Source: Gemmatimonadota bacterium
Lineage (GTDB): Bacteria > Gemmatimonadota > Gemmatimonadetes > Gemmatimonadales > GWC2-71-9
Length of the DNA stretch: 64,000 bases
Reading direction: 5' to 3'
Assembly (NCBI GenBank): GCA_016704275.1
Contig: JADJAK010000005.1
Location: 336,246-400,245, forward strand
The position numbers and the translations under genes are program-made. The notes under the pieces are model-generated. The model saw only the letters and a program-made list of their open reading frames with translations. It made no database searches and had not been told where the DNA came from. This document shows, piece after piece, positions 18,781 to 28,807 of this stretch (the first letter of the stretch is position 1; each line of letters begins with the position of its first letter).

Positions 18781-21537
18781 TTAGGGAGTGCCACGCTTTT
18801 CCGCGACCCGCTTGATCTCGGCGGCGGCATCGGCCGCCTTGATGCCCGCCGTGATCCAAGCCGGGGCGGGATCGCCCTTCAACCAGTGGCCGAACCACTC
18901 CAGGATGCGGCGTTGGTAGTCGATCTGGTTGGCCTTCTTCGAGAAGCCGTGGTCCTCGCCGTCGTAGACCAGCAACACGACCTGCTTCCCGGCCCGGCGG
19001 GCAAAGTTGAAGAACTCCGTCGCCTGGAAGAACTCCACCGTCCCGTCCTTGTTGCCATGTGCCATCAGCATGGGAATGGTCATCTGGTCGACGCGCTCCA
19101 GCGCCGAGTTTCGCTGGTGGGCCGCACGGTCCTCCCAATACGGCACCTCCATGCGCGCCTGACCGGTCTCGAAGTGGTCCGACTCCGCCGTCCCGCTGGC
19201 CCAGTGGATCTGCCCCATGAACGAGACGAGGTCGGTGATGCTCGCCCCCGCAATCGTGGTCGCCAGGAAGTCGCCACCATGTGTCCCGAGATACGCCGCT
19301 TCGTACCCGCCCCAGGAGTGGCCGACCTGCCCAACGCGCTTCGGATCGACCAGCCCCCGATCGGTCACCGCCTTCACGGCGGCGCGCACTGACTGGATCG
19401 TGCTGACGCCAGGCTCGCGCGCGGTAAAGACAATGTCCGGCATCAGGACGAAGTAGCCCTCGAGCGTCCACGCCGTCTGGTTGTAGTACGAGCGCTCGCT
19501 CGGCGAAACCCAGCTGTGCAGTTCGTCGGAGAGCCGCTCGTAGGTGTAGACGATCATCGGATACTTCTTCGATGCGTCATAGTTGGCGGGGTAGAGCAGG
19601 ATCCCCTGCAGCGGCCGCCCCCCTTCGCTCGTGAACGACAGCAGTTCCTCCCGGGTCCAGGCATACTCGCCGAGGAAGGCGTTGGTACGGGTGATCTGGC
19701 GCGGCGAGGTGAAGTCGCTGCCGGTGACGAAAACGTCCGGCGAATCGGCGCGATCCTCGGCGCGATAGAGGAACGTTGCGCTGCTGTCGGCCTTCCGGAA
19801 TTGCCGGAGGCTCTTGTCCACGTAGATCAATCGCTGCGCGGCGCCGCCCGGGCTCAGGCGCGTCCACCCCATCCGCTTGTCGCGTTCGCCGAGCAGCGTG
19901 ACGTAGAGCGGCTTGGTCGCATCGATGGTCGGGGCATCGAACTCGATCCGCTGCACGCGATGGATGATCCGGTCCGCCTGTCCGTCGGTCAACCGCACCC
20001 GGTTGCTGCCGTCCGGCGCGATGCGCCAGACATCGTATCGGTCGTAGAGGAGGACCGCCCGATCGCCGGTGAGCCACCCACCCACGCCGTAGGACGGGGG
20101 GAGGTCGGTCGGCGAGTCCGACTCCGTGTTCGCGAACGACGTGGCCAGCCCGGCGGTGAGGTTGGTGCGCCGTCCGGTGGCGAGTTCGTGGCTCCAGAAG
20201 TCCTTGCCGTCGAACCAGAGCAGGAAGCGCCCGTCGCCGCTCTCATAGCTGTAGCGCACCTTCTCCAGCGCCGTCGTCCGCTGGCCGGTGGCGAGGTCGG
20301 TCACGATCACGTCGTGGTAGCGTCGGCCGAACATCGTGCCCCACGCGTACTTCGCAGCCGGCTTCTCGACCGCGTGGCGCCACCCTTCCAGCAGGGTGGG
20401 CGTGTCGACCGGGTCGACGCCGACGCGTGTCAGCGTGCCGGTCGGCAGGTGCCAGACGGCGGGCAGGCCGCGCTTCGCGTCGGCCGCCAACCGGCTCTGC
20501 TGGGCGGGGAAGAGCTGCACGTCGGCGGTGTGCCAGATCTGCACCGTGGAGGCGGAGTCGGTGGTGGCGCCGGGCTTCGCCGCGGAGTCGGCCTTGGCTG
20601 GCCGCGGTCGCGTGCTGATCACCACGCGCTGCCCGTCGAGGGACCATCGCGGGACGGTCTGGTCCACGACATCGATCGTCTTCCCGAGCGCCGCGTTGGT
20701 GCTGTCGAGGACCACGCGCGTCGGCGTCGTCGCCAGCGAGCGCCAGGCGATCACCGACTCACCGGGCGTCTCGGTTCCCGCCGGCGCCACGGATCGGAAG
20801 AAGACCAGGTCCGAGGATCCCTTGCGGAAGGTGAGCACCCGATAGCCCGACGAGGAATGCTCCAGCGCACGGACGCGGCCCGAGGCTGGGTCATACAGTT
20901 GTACGCCGTTCGCCGTCGTCGTCCCGGTCGTGATGGTCATCGCGAGCAGGCTGCCCTCGTCGCTCCAGCGATACTCACCGACGTCCTGGAACGACATTTC
21001 CGTTCCGGTGGCGAGCTCGACGACGCGGAGCGTGGCGCCCTTGCCCTTGATCTCTGTGGGCGCATAGCCGAGCATCGCGACGTACCGCGCGTTCGGGGCC
21101 AAGGTGAACAGGCGGACGGCTTCATAGTTCCGCTGTGCCCCGGTGGCGAGCGTGACGACGGCAAGCCCGTTACGGATCGGCTTCTTCTCGCGCGTCAGCT
21201 TTTCGCGCTCCTTGATGGACGCCTCGACCGTCCAGGCGAGGTACCGGCTGTCCCGGCTGAACGCGGGCGAGATCCCCAGCGCCACCACCCGGTCGGTGTC
21301 GTCCTGATCGATGCGGCGGTAGTGCAGCTCGCCGTCGGCGTCGGGCTTCGTCAGCCGGTACGCATACCACTTCCCATCGGGGGCGATCGCATCGCCGCCG
21401 AAGGTCTCGAACCGGGCGTAGTCGGCGGGGGTGATCGACTTCCGGGTGGCGGCGGGGGTCTGTGCCACAACCGGACCGACGGGCAGCAAGAGGACGAGGG
21501 CCAGGAACCAGCGCCGGGGCAGCAGGGAGAGCGGCAT
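18781..21537 (-). CDS. Secreted S9-family serine peptidase (beta-propeller plus prolyl-oligopeptidase-type alpha/beta hydrolase domain)
   Basis: Signal peptide MPLSLLPRRWFLALVLLLPVGPVVAQ, a long propeller-like N-terminal region, the nucleophile motif GQVGHSWGGYEAAY, and a C-terminal DGEDHGF. Confidence 0.8.
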   Translation of the reverse strand: MPLSLLPRRWFLALVLLLPVGPVVAQTPAATRKSITPADYARFETFGGDAIAPDGKWYAYRLTKPDADGELHYRRIDQDDTDRVVALGISPAFSRDSRYLAWTVEASIKEREKLTREKKPIRNGLAVVTLATGAQRNYEAVRLFTLAPNARYVAMLGYAPTEIKGKGATLRVVELATGTEMSFQDVGEYRWSDEGSLLAMTITTGTTTANGVQLYDPASGRVRALEHSSSGYRVLTFRKGSSDLVFFRSVAPAGTETPGESVIAWRSLATTPTRVVLDSTNAALGKTIDVVDQTVPRWSLDGQRVVISTRPRPAKADSAAKPGATTDSASTVQIWHTADVQLFPAQQSRLAADAKRGLPAVWHLPTGTLTRVGVDPVDTPTLLEGWRHAVEKPAAKYAWGTMFGRRYHDVIVTDLATGQRTTALEKVRYSYESGDGRFLLWFDGKDFWSHELATGRRTNLTAGLATSFANTESDSPTDLPPSYGVGGWLTGDRAVLLYDRYDVWRIAPDGSNRVRLTDGQADRIIHRVQRIEFDAPTIDATKPLYVTLLGERDKRMGWTRLSPGGAAQRLIYVDKSLRQFRKADSSATFLYRAEDRADSPDVFVTGSDFTSPRQITRTNAFLGEYAWTREELLSFTSEGGRPLQGILLYPANYDASKKYPMIVYTYERLSDELHSWVSPSERSYYNQTAWTLEGYFVLMPDIVFTAREPGVSTIQSVRAAVKAVTDRGLVDPKRVGQVGHSWGGYEAAYLGTHGGDFLATTIAGASITDLVSFMGQIHWASGTAESDHFETGQARMEVPYWEDRAAHQRNSALERVDQMTIPMLMAHGNKDGTVEFFQATEFFNFARRAGKQVVLLVYDGEDHGFSKKANQIDYQRRILEWFGHWLKGDPAPAWITAGIKAADAAAEIKRVAEKRGTP

Positions 21538-21669
21538 GGTGGTGTCGGTGTGTGAGGGGAGAATGGAAAACCGTCTGAAAGCTAGCGCGGCCGGGGCACC
21601 CGAGTACCACCCCCGGTCCCAGAGTATCATTCAGTGTCGTCGAACCACCCGACCTTCAGGAGTCTGCCC

Positions 21670-22050
21670 GTGCTGATCCGTGTCGCCACGCTTGCCGTTC
21701 TCGCTTTGGCCCCCGCTTCGGTGGCAGCCCAGAAGCCCGCCCCGGACATCACGGGGACCTGGCGCGTCGACGCCGGGACGGACGTCAAGAACGGTCCGCG
21801 CGAGGTGATCATCCGCGCCGATTCCAGCGCGAGCTGGGGGAAGGAGACGGTCCGCTGGCGGGTGAAGGACGGCAAGATCTGGATCGCGCTGGGTGGAGAG
21901 TGGGAGATCTACAAGCTGAAGCAGTCGACGACGGCGATCACCCTCTCGGGCGGTGACCTGACCAAATCGGTCACGCTCAAGAAGGTCGGTCCGGCCACGC
22001 CGCGCGCCGCCGGGGTCAAGATTCCCGGCGACCCCGACGCTGGCGGCTGA
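21670..22050 (+). CDS. Small secreted protein, unknown function
   Basis: GTG 21670 sits 7 nt after AGGAG (21658-62). Signal peptide VLIRVATLAVLALAPASVAAQ. Beta-rich mature part with no recognised motif. Confidence 0.5.
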   Translation: MLIRVATLAVLALAPASVAAQKPAPDITGTWRVDAGTDVKNGPREVIIRADSSASWGKETVRWRVKDGKIWIALGGEWEIYKLKQSTTAITLSGGDLTKSVTLKKVGPATPRAAGVKIPGDPDAGG

Positions 22051-22074
22051 GCCCGGAGTAGGGTCGCAGGGAAA

Positions 22075-22106
22075 ACGGGGCGCCACGCGCGAGCGTGGCG
22101 CCCCGT
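22075..22106. terminator. Bidirectional stem-loop between convergent genes
   Basis: ACGGGGCGCCACGC-GCGA-GCGTGGCGCCCCGT: a 14-bp perfect stem with a 4-nt loop. Confidence 0.6.
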
Positions 22107-22112
22107 CGCACG

Positions 22113-24431
22113 TCAGGGAGCGGCCGCCTTGGGGGCCGCCGCCACCGGCGGGCCGCCCTCCGCCAGCCAGTGGCCGAACCACTGCCGAAGCCGCCCGAGC
22201 CGATCGACCAGCAGCCACGGTTCACCGGTCCGCGACAGGTCGTGGTTCGAGCGCGGGTAGCGAACGAACTCGGCCGGGACATTGAGCGTCTTGAGCGCCA
22301 TGTACCACATGTCGGCCGTCGCCATCGGCGTCCGGTGATCCTCTTCGGACTGCACGATCAGCGTCGGCGTCTTCACCCGCTTGACGAAGCGAATCGGTGA
22401 CAGCGTGTCGTACATCACCTGATTCTCCCACGGCTTGCCGAAGAACTCGTCGTTGGTCAGCGACTGCACGTCAGTGGTGCCCCACCACGCGTTCCAGTCG
22501 CTGATCATCCGATCGGCCTCGGCGGCCTTGAAGCGCGTGGTCTTGGTCGTGATCCAGGCCGTCATGAAGCCGCCGTAGGAACCGCCGCTGACACCCATCC
22601 GCATCGAGTCAACATCGGGGCGCACCGAGACGATGTCGACCGCCTTCATGATGTCCTGATAATCCTTGCCGCCCCAGTCGCCGCGCGAGGCGTGGGTGAA
22701 GGCGGTGTTGGTGCCGGTCGAGCCGCGCGGGTTGGTGAAGAGGACGAACATCCCGGCACCGGCAAGATTCTGGAACTCGTCAAACCAGCCGTCGCCATAG
22801 GCCGAGTGCGGGCCGCCGTGGATGTACAGCACCACGGGGTACTTCTTGCCGGGCTGGTAGCCGTACGGCTTCATCAACCAGGCTTCGATCTCGAGGTTGT
22901 CCACCGAGCGGTAGGTGAAGAACTCCACCTCGGACCAGGCGACCTCCTTGTTGAGGGCGTCGTTGAAGGTCGTGAGCTTGCGCTCGTTCCGGCCCTCGAT
23001 GTCCGCGGTGTAGAGCTCCGTCGGGTGCGTGTGGTCGGTGCTGATGTACGTCAACGTGGTCCGCGCCGAGTCATACTGGATGCCCGAGATCCGGCGCCGT
23101 CCGCCGAGGATGGTGCGGATCTCCTTCGTGGCCGGATTCACCGCATAGAGGCCGCTGCTGCCGCCGACCTCCGTCTCCATCCGGATCGTGCCGTCGCCCC
23201 ACCAGGTGAAGTTGCCGGGTTCGTACTTCCAGCTGCCGAGCACATCGACCGGCTTGGTGGTGCCAGCTGCCAATACATACAGCCGCTGGCTCTGATAGCG
23301 GCCGCGCCGCCCGCTGAACGCGAGCTGCTTCGAGTCGGGCGACCAGGTGGCGCCGGCTTCATCGCCGAAGTACTCGATCCGCGTCGGGACGCACGCCGCA
23401 GTGTGGGCCTCGCAGGCGGCCACCGGGAGCATGAAGAGGTCGGTCGCATCGCGGTCGGCCTCGTCACGCTTCCGCGAGAACGGGAGCTTCGCCAGCGAGT
23501 CGCGCTCGCGCGTCACGACCGAGTCCGCCCGCAGCTTGGCGTCCGCCGAGAAGACGATCCACTCGCCGTTCGGCGAGACGACGGGGGTGCGGTGCGAATA
23601 CGCCGCGTTGGTCAGGCGGATCCGTTCGCCGCCTGGGCGCTGCAGGAAGAGTTGCGCTGCCGGCCGGGCTCGTGCCGCGGCGCCGGTGTCTGCCGGTGCC
23701 CCACCAGGACCACCCGCGCCGGCGCGGCCCGTGCTGGCCACGAAGCCGTTGCCGTTCGCCTTGTAGCGACTGTCGGTGAAGTGCATGCCGTCGAAACGCG
23801 CCGGATCGACCGGGGCGGTGATGGCGGACGCCGACGGGCGCGCCAACGGTGCCATGGCCGCATACGGACCAGTGGCGGGCGCGGCTCCCGGAACGCCGCC
23901 AGGGAAACCACCACCGCCGCCGCCCCGGCCACCGCCGCCTCGCCCGCCACCTGCGCCACCACTCGCGCTGTCGCCCGACGTGATGCGGAATCGCTTGTCC
24001 GTCGGCTGGCTGCCGGCGGGCGCCGCGGCGGCTGGCGTCGCGCTCGGTTGAAAGGCCTCACCCACCTCGTCGACGCGCAGCGCCCAGTTGGTGCCGCGGC
24101 CACCCGGCCGTGTCGAGGTGAAGTTCAGCGTCTTGCCGTCCTCCGACCAGCGCGGCGCGCTGCTCTCGTACCCGGGCGAGGTGAGCCGCCGAGCGGCGCC
24201 ACCGCTGACCGACTGCAGCCACACTTCGCTATGGCGCTTGTTGCCCGCCTCGTTGACGGTGGTGACCGTGAAGGCCACCGACTTGCCATCCGGCGAGCGA
24301 GCCGGGGCACTCAGCTGAGTCACGCAGTACCAGTCCGCGGGGGTGAACGCGCGGCCCGCGGACTGGGCCGGGAGGAGGGCCGGGACGAGGAGCAGCGCCG
24401 CCGCCAGGCGGGGCGAGGGACAAGCCATCAT
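22113..24431 (-). CDS. Secreted S9-family peptidase (acylaminoacyl-peptidase-like) with a Gly/Arg low-complexity insert
   Basis: Signal peptide MMACPSPRLAAALLLVPALLPAQ, TolB-like propeller repeats, nucleophile GVSGGSYGGFMTAW, and a C-terminal EDHRTP. The insert is GGAGGGRGGGGRGGGGGGFPGG. Confidence 0.85.
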   Translation of the reverse strand: MMACPSPRLAAALLLVPALLPAQSAGRAFTPADWYCVTQLSAPARSPDGKSVAFTVTTVNEAGNKRHSEVWLQSVSGGAARRLTSPGYESSAPRWSEDGKTLNFTSTRPGGRGTNWALRVDEVGEAFQPSATPAAAAPAGSQPTDKRFRITSGDSASGGAGGGRGGGGRGGGGGGFPGGVPGAAPATGPYAAMAPLARPSASAITAPVDPARFDGMHFTDSRYKANGNGFVASTGRAGAGGPGGAPADTGAAARARPAAQLFLQRPGGERIRLTNAAYSHRTPVVSPNGEWIVFSADAKLRADSVVTRERDSLAKLPFSRKRDEADRDATDLFMLPVAACEAHTAACVPTRIEYFGDEAGATWSPDSKQLAFSGRRGRYQSQRLYVLAAGTTKPVDVLGSWKYEPGNFTWWGDGTIRMETEVGGSSGLYAVNPATKEIRTILGGRRRISGIQYDSARTTLTYISTDHTHPTELYTADIEGRNERKLTTFNDALNKEVAWSEVEFFTYRSVDNLEIEAWLMKPYGYQPGKKYPVVLYIHGGPHSAYGDGWFDEFQNLAGAGMFVLFTNPRGSTGTNTAFTHASRGDWGGKDYQDIMKAVDIVSVRPDVDSMRMGVSGGSYGGFMTAWITTKTTRFKAAEADRMISDWNAWWGTTDVQSLTNDEFFGKPWENQVMYDTLSPIRFVKRVKTPTLIVQSEEDHRTPMATADMWYMALKTLNVPAEFVRYPRSNHDLSRTGEPWLLVDRLGRLRQWFGHWLAEGGPPVAAAPKAAAP

Positions 24432-24545
24432 GAACGACTCCGCGGGAAGTGGTGGGGCAGTCCCCAAAGGTGGTGCGGTCCCCGCCTTCCCGCCACCTCG
24501 CGGCTGGCGCTACCTTCAACGATCTCCTTCTCCTGCGGATCGCCG

Positions 24546-25919
24546 ATGTCCTCTTCGTTCCTCCTCCCTCGTCGCGACTTCCTTGCCGTGGGCGCCTCCG
24601 CGCTGGTGGCGCGCCACCTCCGCTGGCCGGCTGGCGCCGTCCGTCCGGTGCCGAGCGTCGATCAGTTGCAGTGGCATCGAGACGAGCTCGCGCTCTTTGC
24701 GCACTTCGGCGTGAACACCTTCACCGATCGCGAGTGGGGCGATGGCAAGGAATCGCCATCGATCTTCAACCCCACCGCGTTCGACGCCCGGCAGTGGACG
24801 CGGACCGCGAAGGCGGCCGGCTTCAAGATGGTGATCCTCACCGCCAAGCATCACGACGGCTTCTGCCTCTGGCCGACAGCCACCACCGCGCACTCCGTGA
24901 AGTCGTCGCCGTTTCGGGGCGGCTCGGGCGATGTCGTGCGCGAAGTGGCCGACGCCTGCCGCGCCGACGGACTGCGCCTGGGTCTCTACCTCTCCCCGTG
25001 GGACCGCAATGCCGCCGTGTACGGCTCCGACGGCTATCACGACTTCTACCTCACCCAGCTGCGCGAACTGCTGACGCGCTACGGTCGGGTCGATGAAGTC
25101 TGGTTCGACGGCGCCAATGGCGAGGGACCGAACGGCAAGAAGCAGATCTATGACTGGCCGCGCTATTGGGGCGAGGTGAAGCGCCTCCAGCCGCAGGCGG
25201 TGATCTTCTCCGACGCCGGCCCCGACATCCGCTGGATCGGCAACGAAGCGGGCACTGCGGGGGAGACCAACTGGTCGATGGTGGACCCGCGTGTCGTCTC
25301 CGCGCCTGGTGTCAGTGGTGAGGGCGTGACCCGCATGCTCCAGCAGGGCGACCCGAACGGCAGCGTCTGGCGTCCGGGCGAGACCGACACCTCGATCCGC
25401 CCGGGATGGTTCTATCACGCCGCCGACGACGCCAAGGTGCGCAGCGTCGACAACCTCGTCGACATCTACGTCACGTCGGTCGGTCGCAACTCGAAGCTGC
25501 TGCTCAACGTCCCGCCGACTCGCGACGGGCTGTTGCACGACGTCGACGTGGCGCGCCTCGCAGGAATGCGTCGCGCACTCGACTCGCGATTCGGCGCGCC
25601 GATCGCCACCAGTCGCCGCACGCGGCTCAGCGCGATGAGCGGCGCCACCGGCGAGCTTCGGGTCGAACTCGCGTCGCCGCGGCGGGTCGCCTTCGTGACG
25701 CTGCAGGAACAGATCGCCGCGGGGCAGCATGTCGCCGCCTGGCGGATTGAAGGGCAGGCAGCCAACGGGGCGTGGACCGCGCTCGCCCGCGGAACGACGA
25801 TCGGCCACAAGCGGATCGTCGCGGTCCCGGCTGCGGAGCAGGCGGCCGTGCGCGTCGTGATCGAACAGGCCCTCGCGCCCGTCGACGGGTTGAGCATGGT
25901 GCTGCATGCCGAAGCGTGA
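24546..25919 (+). CDS. GH29 alpha-L-fucosidase with Tat-type signal and C-terminal discoidin-like domain
   Basis: MSSSFLLPRRDFLAVGASALV, then QWHRDELALFAHFGVNTF, AGFKMVILTAKHHDGFCLWPT and EVWFDGANGEG. Everything upstream of 24546 in the 1075-aa ORF is antisense to the S9 peptidase gene. Confidence 0.85.
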   Translation: MSSSFLLPRRDFLAVGASALVARHLRWPAGAVRPVPSVDQLQWHRDELALFAHFGVNTFTDREWGDGKESPSIFNPTAFDARQWTRTAKAAGFKMVILTAKHHDGFCLWPTATTAHSVKSSPFRGGSGDVVREVADACRADGLRLGLYLSPWDRNAAVYGSDGYHDFYLTQLRELLTRYGRVDEVWFDGANGEGPNGKKQIYDWPRYWGEVKRLQPQAVIFSDAGPDIRWIGNEAGTAGETNWSMVDPRVVSAPGVSGEGVTRMLQQGDPNGSVWRPGETDTSIRPGWFYHAADDAKVRSVDNLVDIYVTSVGRNSKLLLNVPPTRDGLLHDVDVARLAGMRRALDSRFGAPIATSRRTRLSAMSGATGELRVELASPRRVAFVTLQEQIAAGQHVAAWRIEGQAANGAWTALARGTTIGHKRIVAVPAAEQAAVRVVIEQALAPVDGLSMVLHAEA

Positions 25920-26793
25920 GTCCACCTTCGACGTCGACGCCTTCCGCGTCCGTCCCGACCAGCCGCTGGACCTCGCCGCGCTGCCCACGAAGGTGGCCGA
26001 CCTCTATGCGGACAAGGACGAGTACGAGGAGCTCCTGGAGGCGCGCACCAAGCGACTGCGCCACCTGCAGAATCTCCTCTACGCCGATGATCGCCATGCC
26101 CTGTTGGTCATCTTCCAGGCGATGGACGCCGCCGGGAAGGATGGTGCCATCAAGCACGTGATGAGCGGCGTGAACCCGCAGGGTTGTCAGGTCTTTTCGT
26201 TCAAGGCGCCATCAGTCGAGGAGCTCGATCACGATTTTCTCTGGCGTGCCGCGCGCCGCCTCCCGGAGCGCGGTCGGATCGGCCTCTTCAATCGCTCGTA
26301 CTACGAGGAGACCCTCGTGGTCCGCGTGCACAGCGACATCCTGGCCCGCCAACCGCTCCCGGAGACGATCCGCTCCGCCGACGACATCTGGACGCAGCGC
26401 TACCGCTCGATCCGCCACTTCGAACAGCACCTGGTCCGCAACGGCACGCGGATCGTGAAGTTCTTCCTGCACCTCTCGAAAGAGGAGCAGCGCACGCGCT
26501 TCCTCGAGCGCATCGACGACCCCGAGAAGCAGTGGAAGTTCTCCGCGGGCGACGTGCGCGAGCGCGGACACTGGGACGAGTATCAGCACGCCTACGCCGA
26601 AACGATCGCCGAGACGACGACCGACGAGGCACCGTGGTATGCGATCCCGGCCGACGGGAAGAAGAATGCGCGCCTGCTGATCTCCGAGGTGCTGATTCGC
26701 ACCCTCGAAGCCTTGCCCCTGAAGTTCCCGGCGGCGACGGAGTCACCCGAGGCGCTGGCCGCACTGCGCGCCCAGCTGCTGGCCGAAGGGTGA
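25906..26793 (+). CDS. Polyphosphate kinase 2 family protein (single PPK2 domain)
   Basis: ALLVIFQAMDAAGKDGAIKHV (Walker A-like), FNRSYYE and a lid region. It overlaps the fucosidase end by 14 nt. Confidence 0.85.
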   Translation: MPKRESTFDVDAFRVRPDQPLDLAALPTKVADLYADKDEYEELLEARTKRLRHLQNLLYADDRHALLVIFQAMDAAGKDGAIKHVMSGVNPQGCQVFSFKAPSVEELDHDFLWRAARRLPERGRIGLFNRSYYEETLVVRVHSDILARQPLPETIRSADDIWTQRYRSIRHFEQHLVRNGTRIVKFFLHLSKEEQRTRFLERIDDPEKQWKFSAGDVRERGHWDEYQHAYAETIAETTTDEAPWYAIPADGKKNARLLISEVLIRTLEALPLKFPAATESPEALAALRAQLLAEG

Positions 26794-26797
26794 GGCG

Positions 26798-27619
26798 CTA
26801 GCGGAAGAGGGTGCGCTGCACCGGGCCGTGCACGCCGACCGGCGCCATCGGGCCCTCCTGCTCGGCCAGCCACAACTCCCCGACGAACCCCGCCTCTCGC
26901 AGGCGGGGTTCGACGCTTCCGCGCGCCGTCTCGGGATTGTTGCAGCGCTGGCTCAGGTGCGCGAGCACCACGGTGTGGAGTTCGTCGTGGTGCAGTTCGA
27001 TCAGCAGCTGCGCCGCGTCGTGGTTGCCGAGGTGCCCACTGGGCCCCGCGATCCGGTCCTGCACCACGGCCGGGTAGCCGCTGGCGCGCAGCAGCGCTTC
27101 GTCGTGATTCGACTCCAGCACCAGGCAGTGCCGCTCACGAAGGAAAAGCCGCACCGCCTGCGTCGGCCGTCCGAGGTCGGTGGCCATGCCAAGCGAGGTG
27201 CCGTCCGGCAGCGTGACCGCCAGCGCGACCGGTTCCGCGGCATCGTGCGAGGTGGGACACGCCGCCACCGTGAACGGCCCGACCGTCGCGACGCCGCGCG
27301 AACCGATCGGGAGGTAGTGGCACGGGTCACCGCCCCGCGCGAGCGCGTGGAAGGTGCCGAAGGAGGCGAGCAACGGGATGTCGTGGCGACGCGCCAGCTT
27401 GGTGGCACTGGCGGCGTGGTCGCCATGCTCGTGCGTGATCGCCACGCCGACGAGCGCCGACGCATCCAGGCCAGCGTCGGCGAGTCGCCGGTCCAGCTCC
27501 CGCAGCGAGTAGCCCGCCTCGAGCAGGAGGATGGCGCCGTCGTGCACGAGGGCGAAGGCGTTGCCCTTGGAGCCCGAGCCAAGGACCACCAGCTCGGCGA
27601 CCGGCGGCCGGTCGGTCAC
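26798..27619 (-). CDS. MBL-fold metallo-hydrolase
   Basis: LVVLGSGSKGNAF, ITHEHGDHAASA (HxHxDH), and a C-terminal VLAHLS. Confidence 0.75.
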   Translation of the reverse strand: MTDRPPVAELVVLGSGSKGNAFALVHDGAILLLEAGYSLRELDRRLADAGLDASALVGVAITHEHGDHAASATKLARRHDIPLLASFGTFHALARGGDPCHYLPIGSRGVATVGPFTVAACPTSHDAAEPVALAVTLPDGTSLGMATDLGRPTQAVRLFLRERHCLVLESNHDEALLRASGYPAVVQDRIAGPSGHLGNHDAAQLLIELHHDELHTVVLAHLSQRCNNPETARGSVEPRLREAGFVGELWLAEQEGPMAPVGVHGPVQRTLFR

Positions 27620-27640
27620 GATCCGGACGGCGCCGACCGA

Positions 27641-28806
27641 TCAGTCGCGGGCGAGACGCGCATGCAGCCCACGGAGTGACGCCTCCATCGCGGCATCGAC
27701 GGCGACCTGGCGGCGGGGCAGGATCCGCCCCGCCGTCGCGATGAACGCGTCCAGCGCGAGCTTCTCGGCGCTGTCGCCGCCCCACGCAAAGGGCGGCACC
27801 CACTTCGGCGCCCGCGGCGGTCCGAAGAGGTTGGCACCGGTGCCCACCACCGCCCCCGTCGGCATCAACGTCCCGATCGCCGTCTTGGCATGGTCCCAAA
27901 CAGCGTACCGAGATTCGTGCGCCCGGTTTCGACCCGCTCCGCGCCGATGTCGAGCCGAATCGGTCCGTAGGTGTTCTTCAGGTTCGACGTGATCGTGCCG
28001 GCACCGAGGTTGACCCATTCGCCGACCACGCTGTGGCCCAGGAAGCCGTCGTGGCTCTTGTTCGCGTAGCCCTGGAAGACGGTGGCGCTGATCTCGCCAT
28101 GGATGCGGCAATGGGGGCCGACGCTGACCTGCCGCAGCTGACCGCCGAGCAGGAAGGTGTCGTGGTCGACCAGCGCGGGACCCTCGATGCGGGTCCCGGC
28201 GCGGACTTCGACGCCACGCTCAAGGATGATCGCTCCCTTGCGCGCGTCGAGGATCACGCCGGGTTCGAGCACGGCACCACGCAGCGCGATGGCGCCCGGA
28301 TTCCCGAAGACGATCACGCCGTCGGGGATCGGATCGCTCTTCCCGTCGAGGCTGCCGAGGAGATCGTTGAAGAGCTGCTGCTCGAGCGCGGTGATGAGAT
28401 CGAAGGCGCCACGCAGCACCAGGCCCTCGATCACGATCCCGTCGCCGTCGTTGTGCGGTCCGCTCCACTGCTCGCCAGCGTCGAGGCGCCACGCCACGGC
28501 ACGTCCGCCGCTCAGCAGACGCTTCGCCCCACCGACCGCGCGCATCGGCAGCTTCGGAGAGAAGGTGCTGTCGACGACCCACGCCGGGCCGGTCACGGCG
28601 GTCGCGGCCACGATCGGAATGGCCCCGGTCGGGCGGGGGCCGGCGGCGTGCGGCGCGATGTGGCCGGCGACCGGTCCGCCGAGGGCGCGACGCCACCGTT
28701 CGTGCAGTCGCCAGGCGCCCGCACGGAGTTCACCAAGAGGAAGTGCACCGGCATACGGCGCCCACGCGGCGCCAGGTTGGATCGGATCGAGCAGATACAG
28801 CGTCAT
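27641..28806 (-). CDS. Left-handed beta-helix sugar-nucleotidyltransferase-like protein; frame disrupted at a G-run near 27895
   Basis: ORF 27865..28806 ends ...TNLGTLFGTMPRRRSGR*. ORF 27641..28111 continues the hexapeptide-repeat protein as DHAKTAIGTLMPTGAVVGTGANLFG... Reading CTG TTT GGG (G)AC CAT GCC AAG joins them. ATG 28806 sits 1 nt after the manC stop. Confidence 0.7.
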
Positions 28807-28807
28807 G

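Noticed and set aside
19516-21555. 679-aa + strand ORF
   Set aside because: It is antisense to the S9 peptidase 18781..21537, which has a signal peptide and a GxSxGG nucleophile.
22692-24545. N-terminal 618 aa of the 1075-aa ORF ending at 25919
   Set aside because: This part is antisense to S9 peptidase 22113..24431. The real fucosidase starts at ATG 24546 with a Tat signal.
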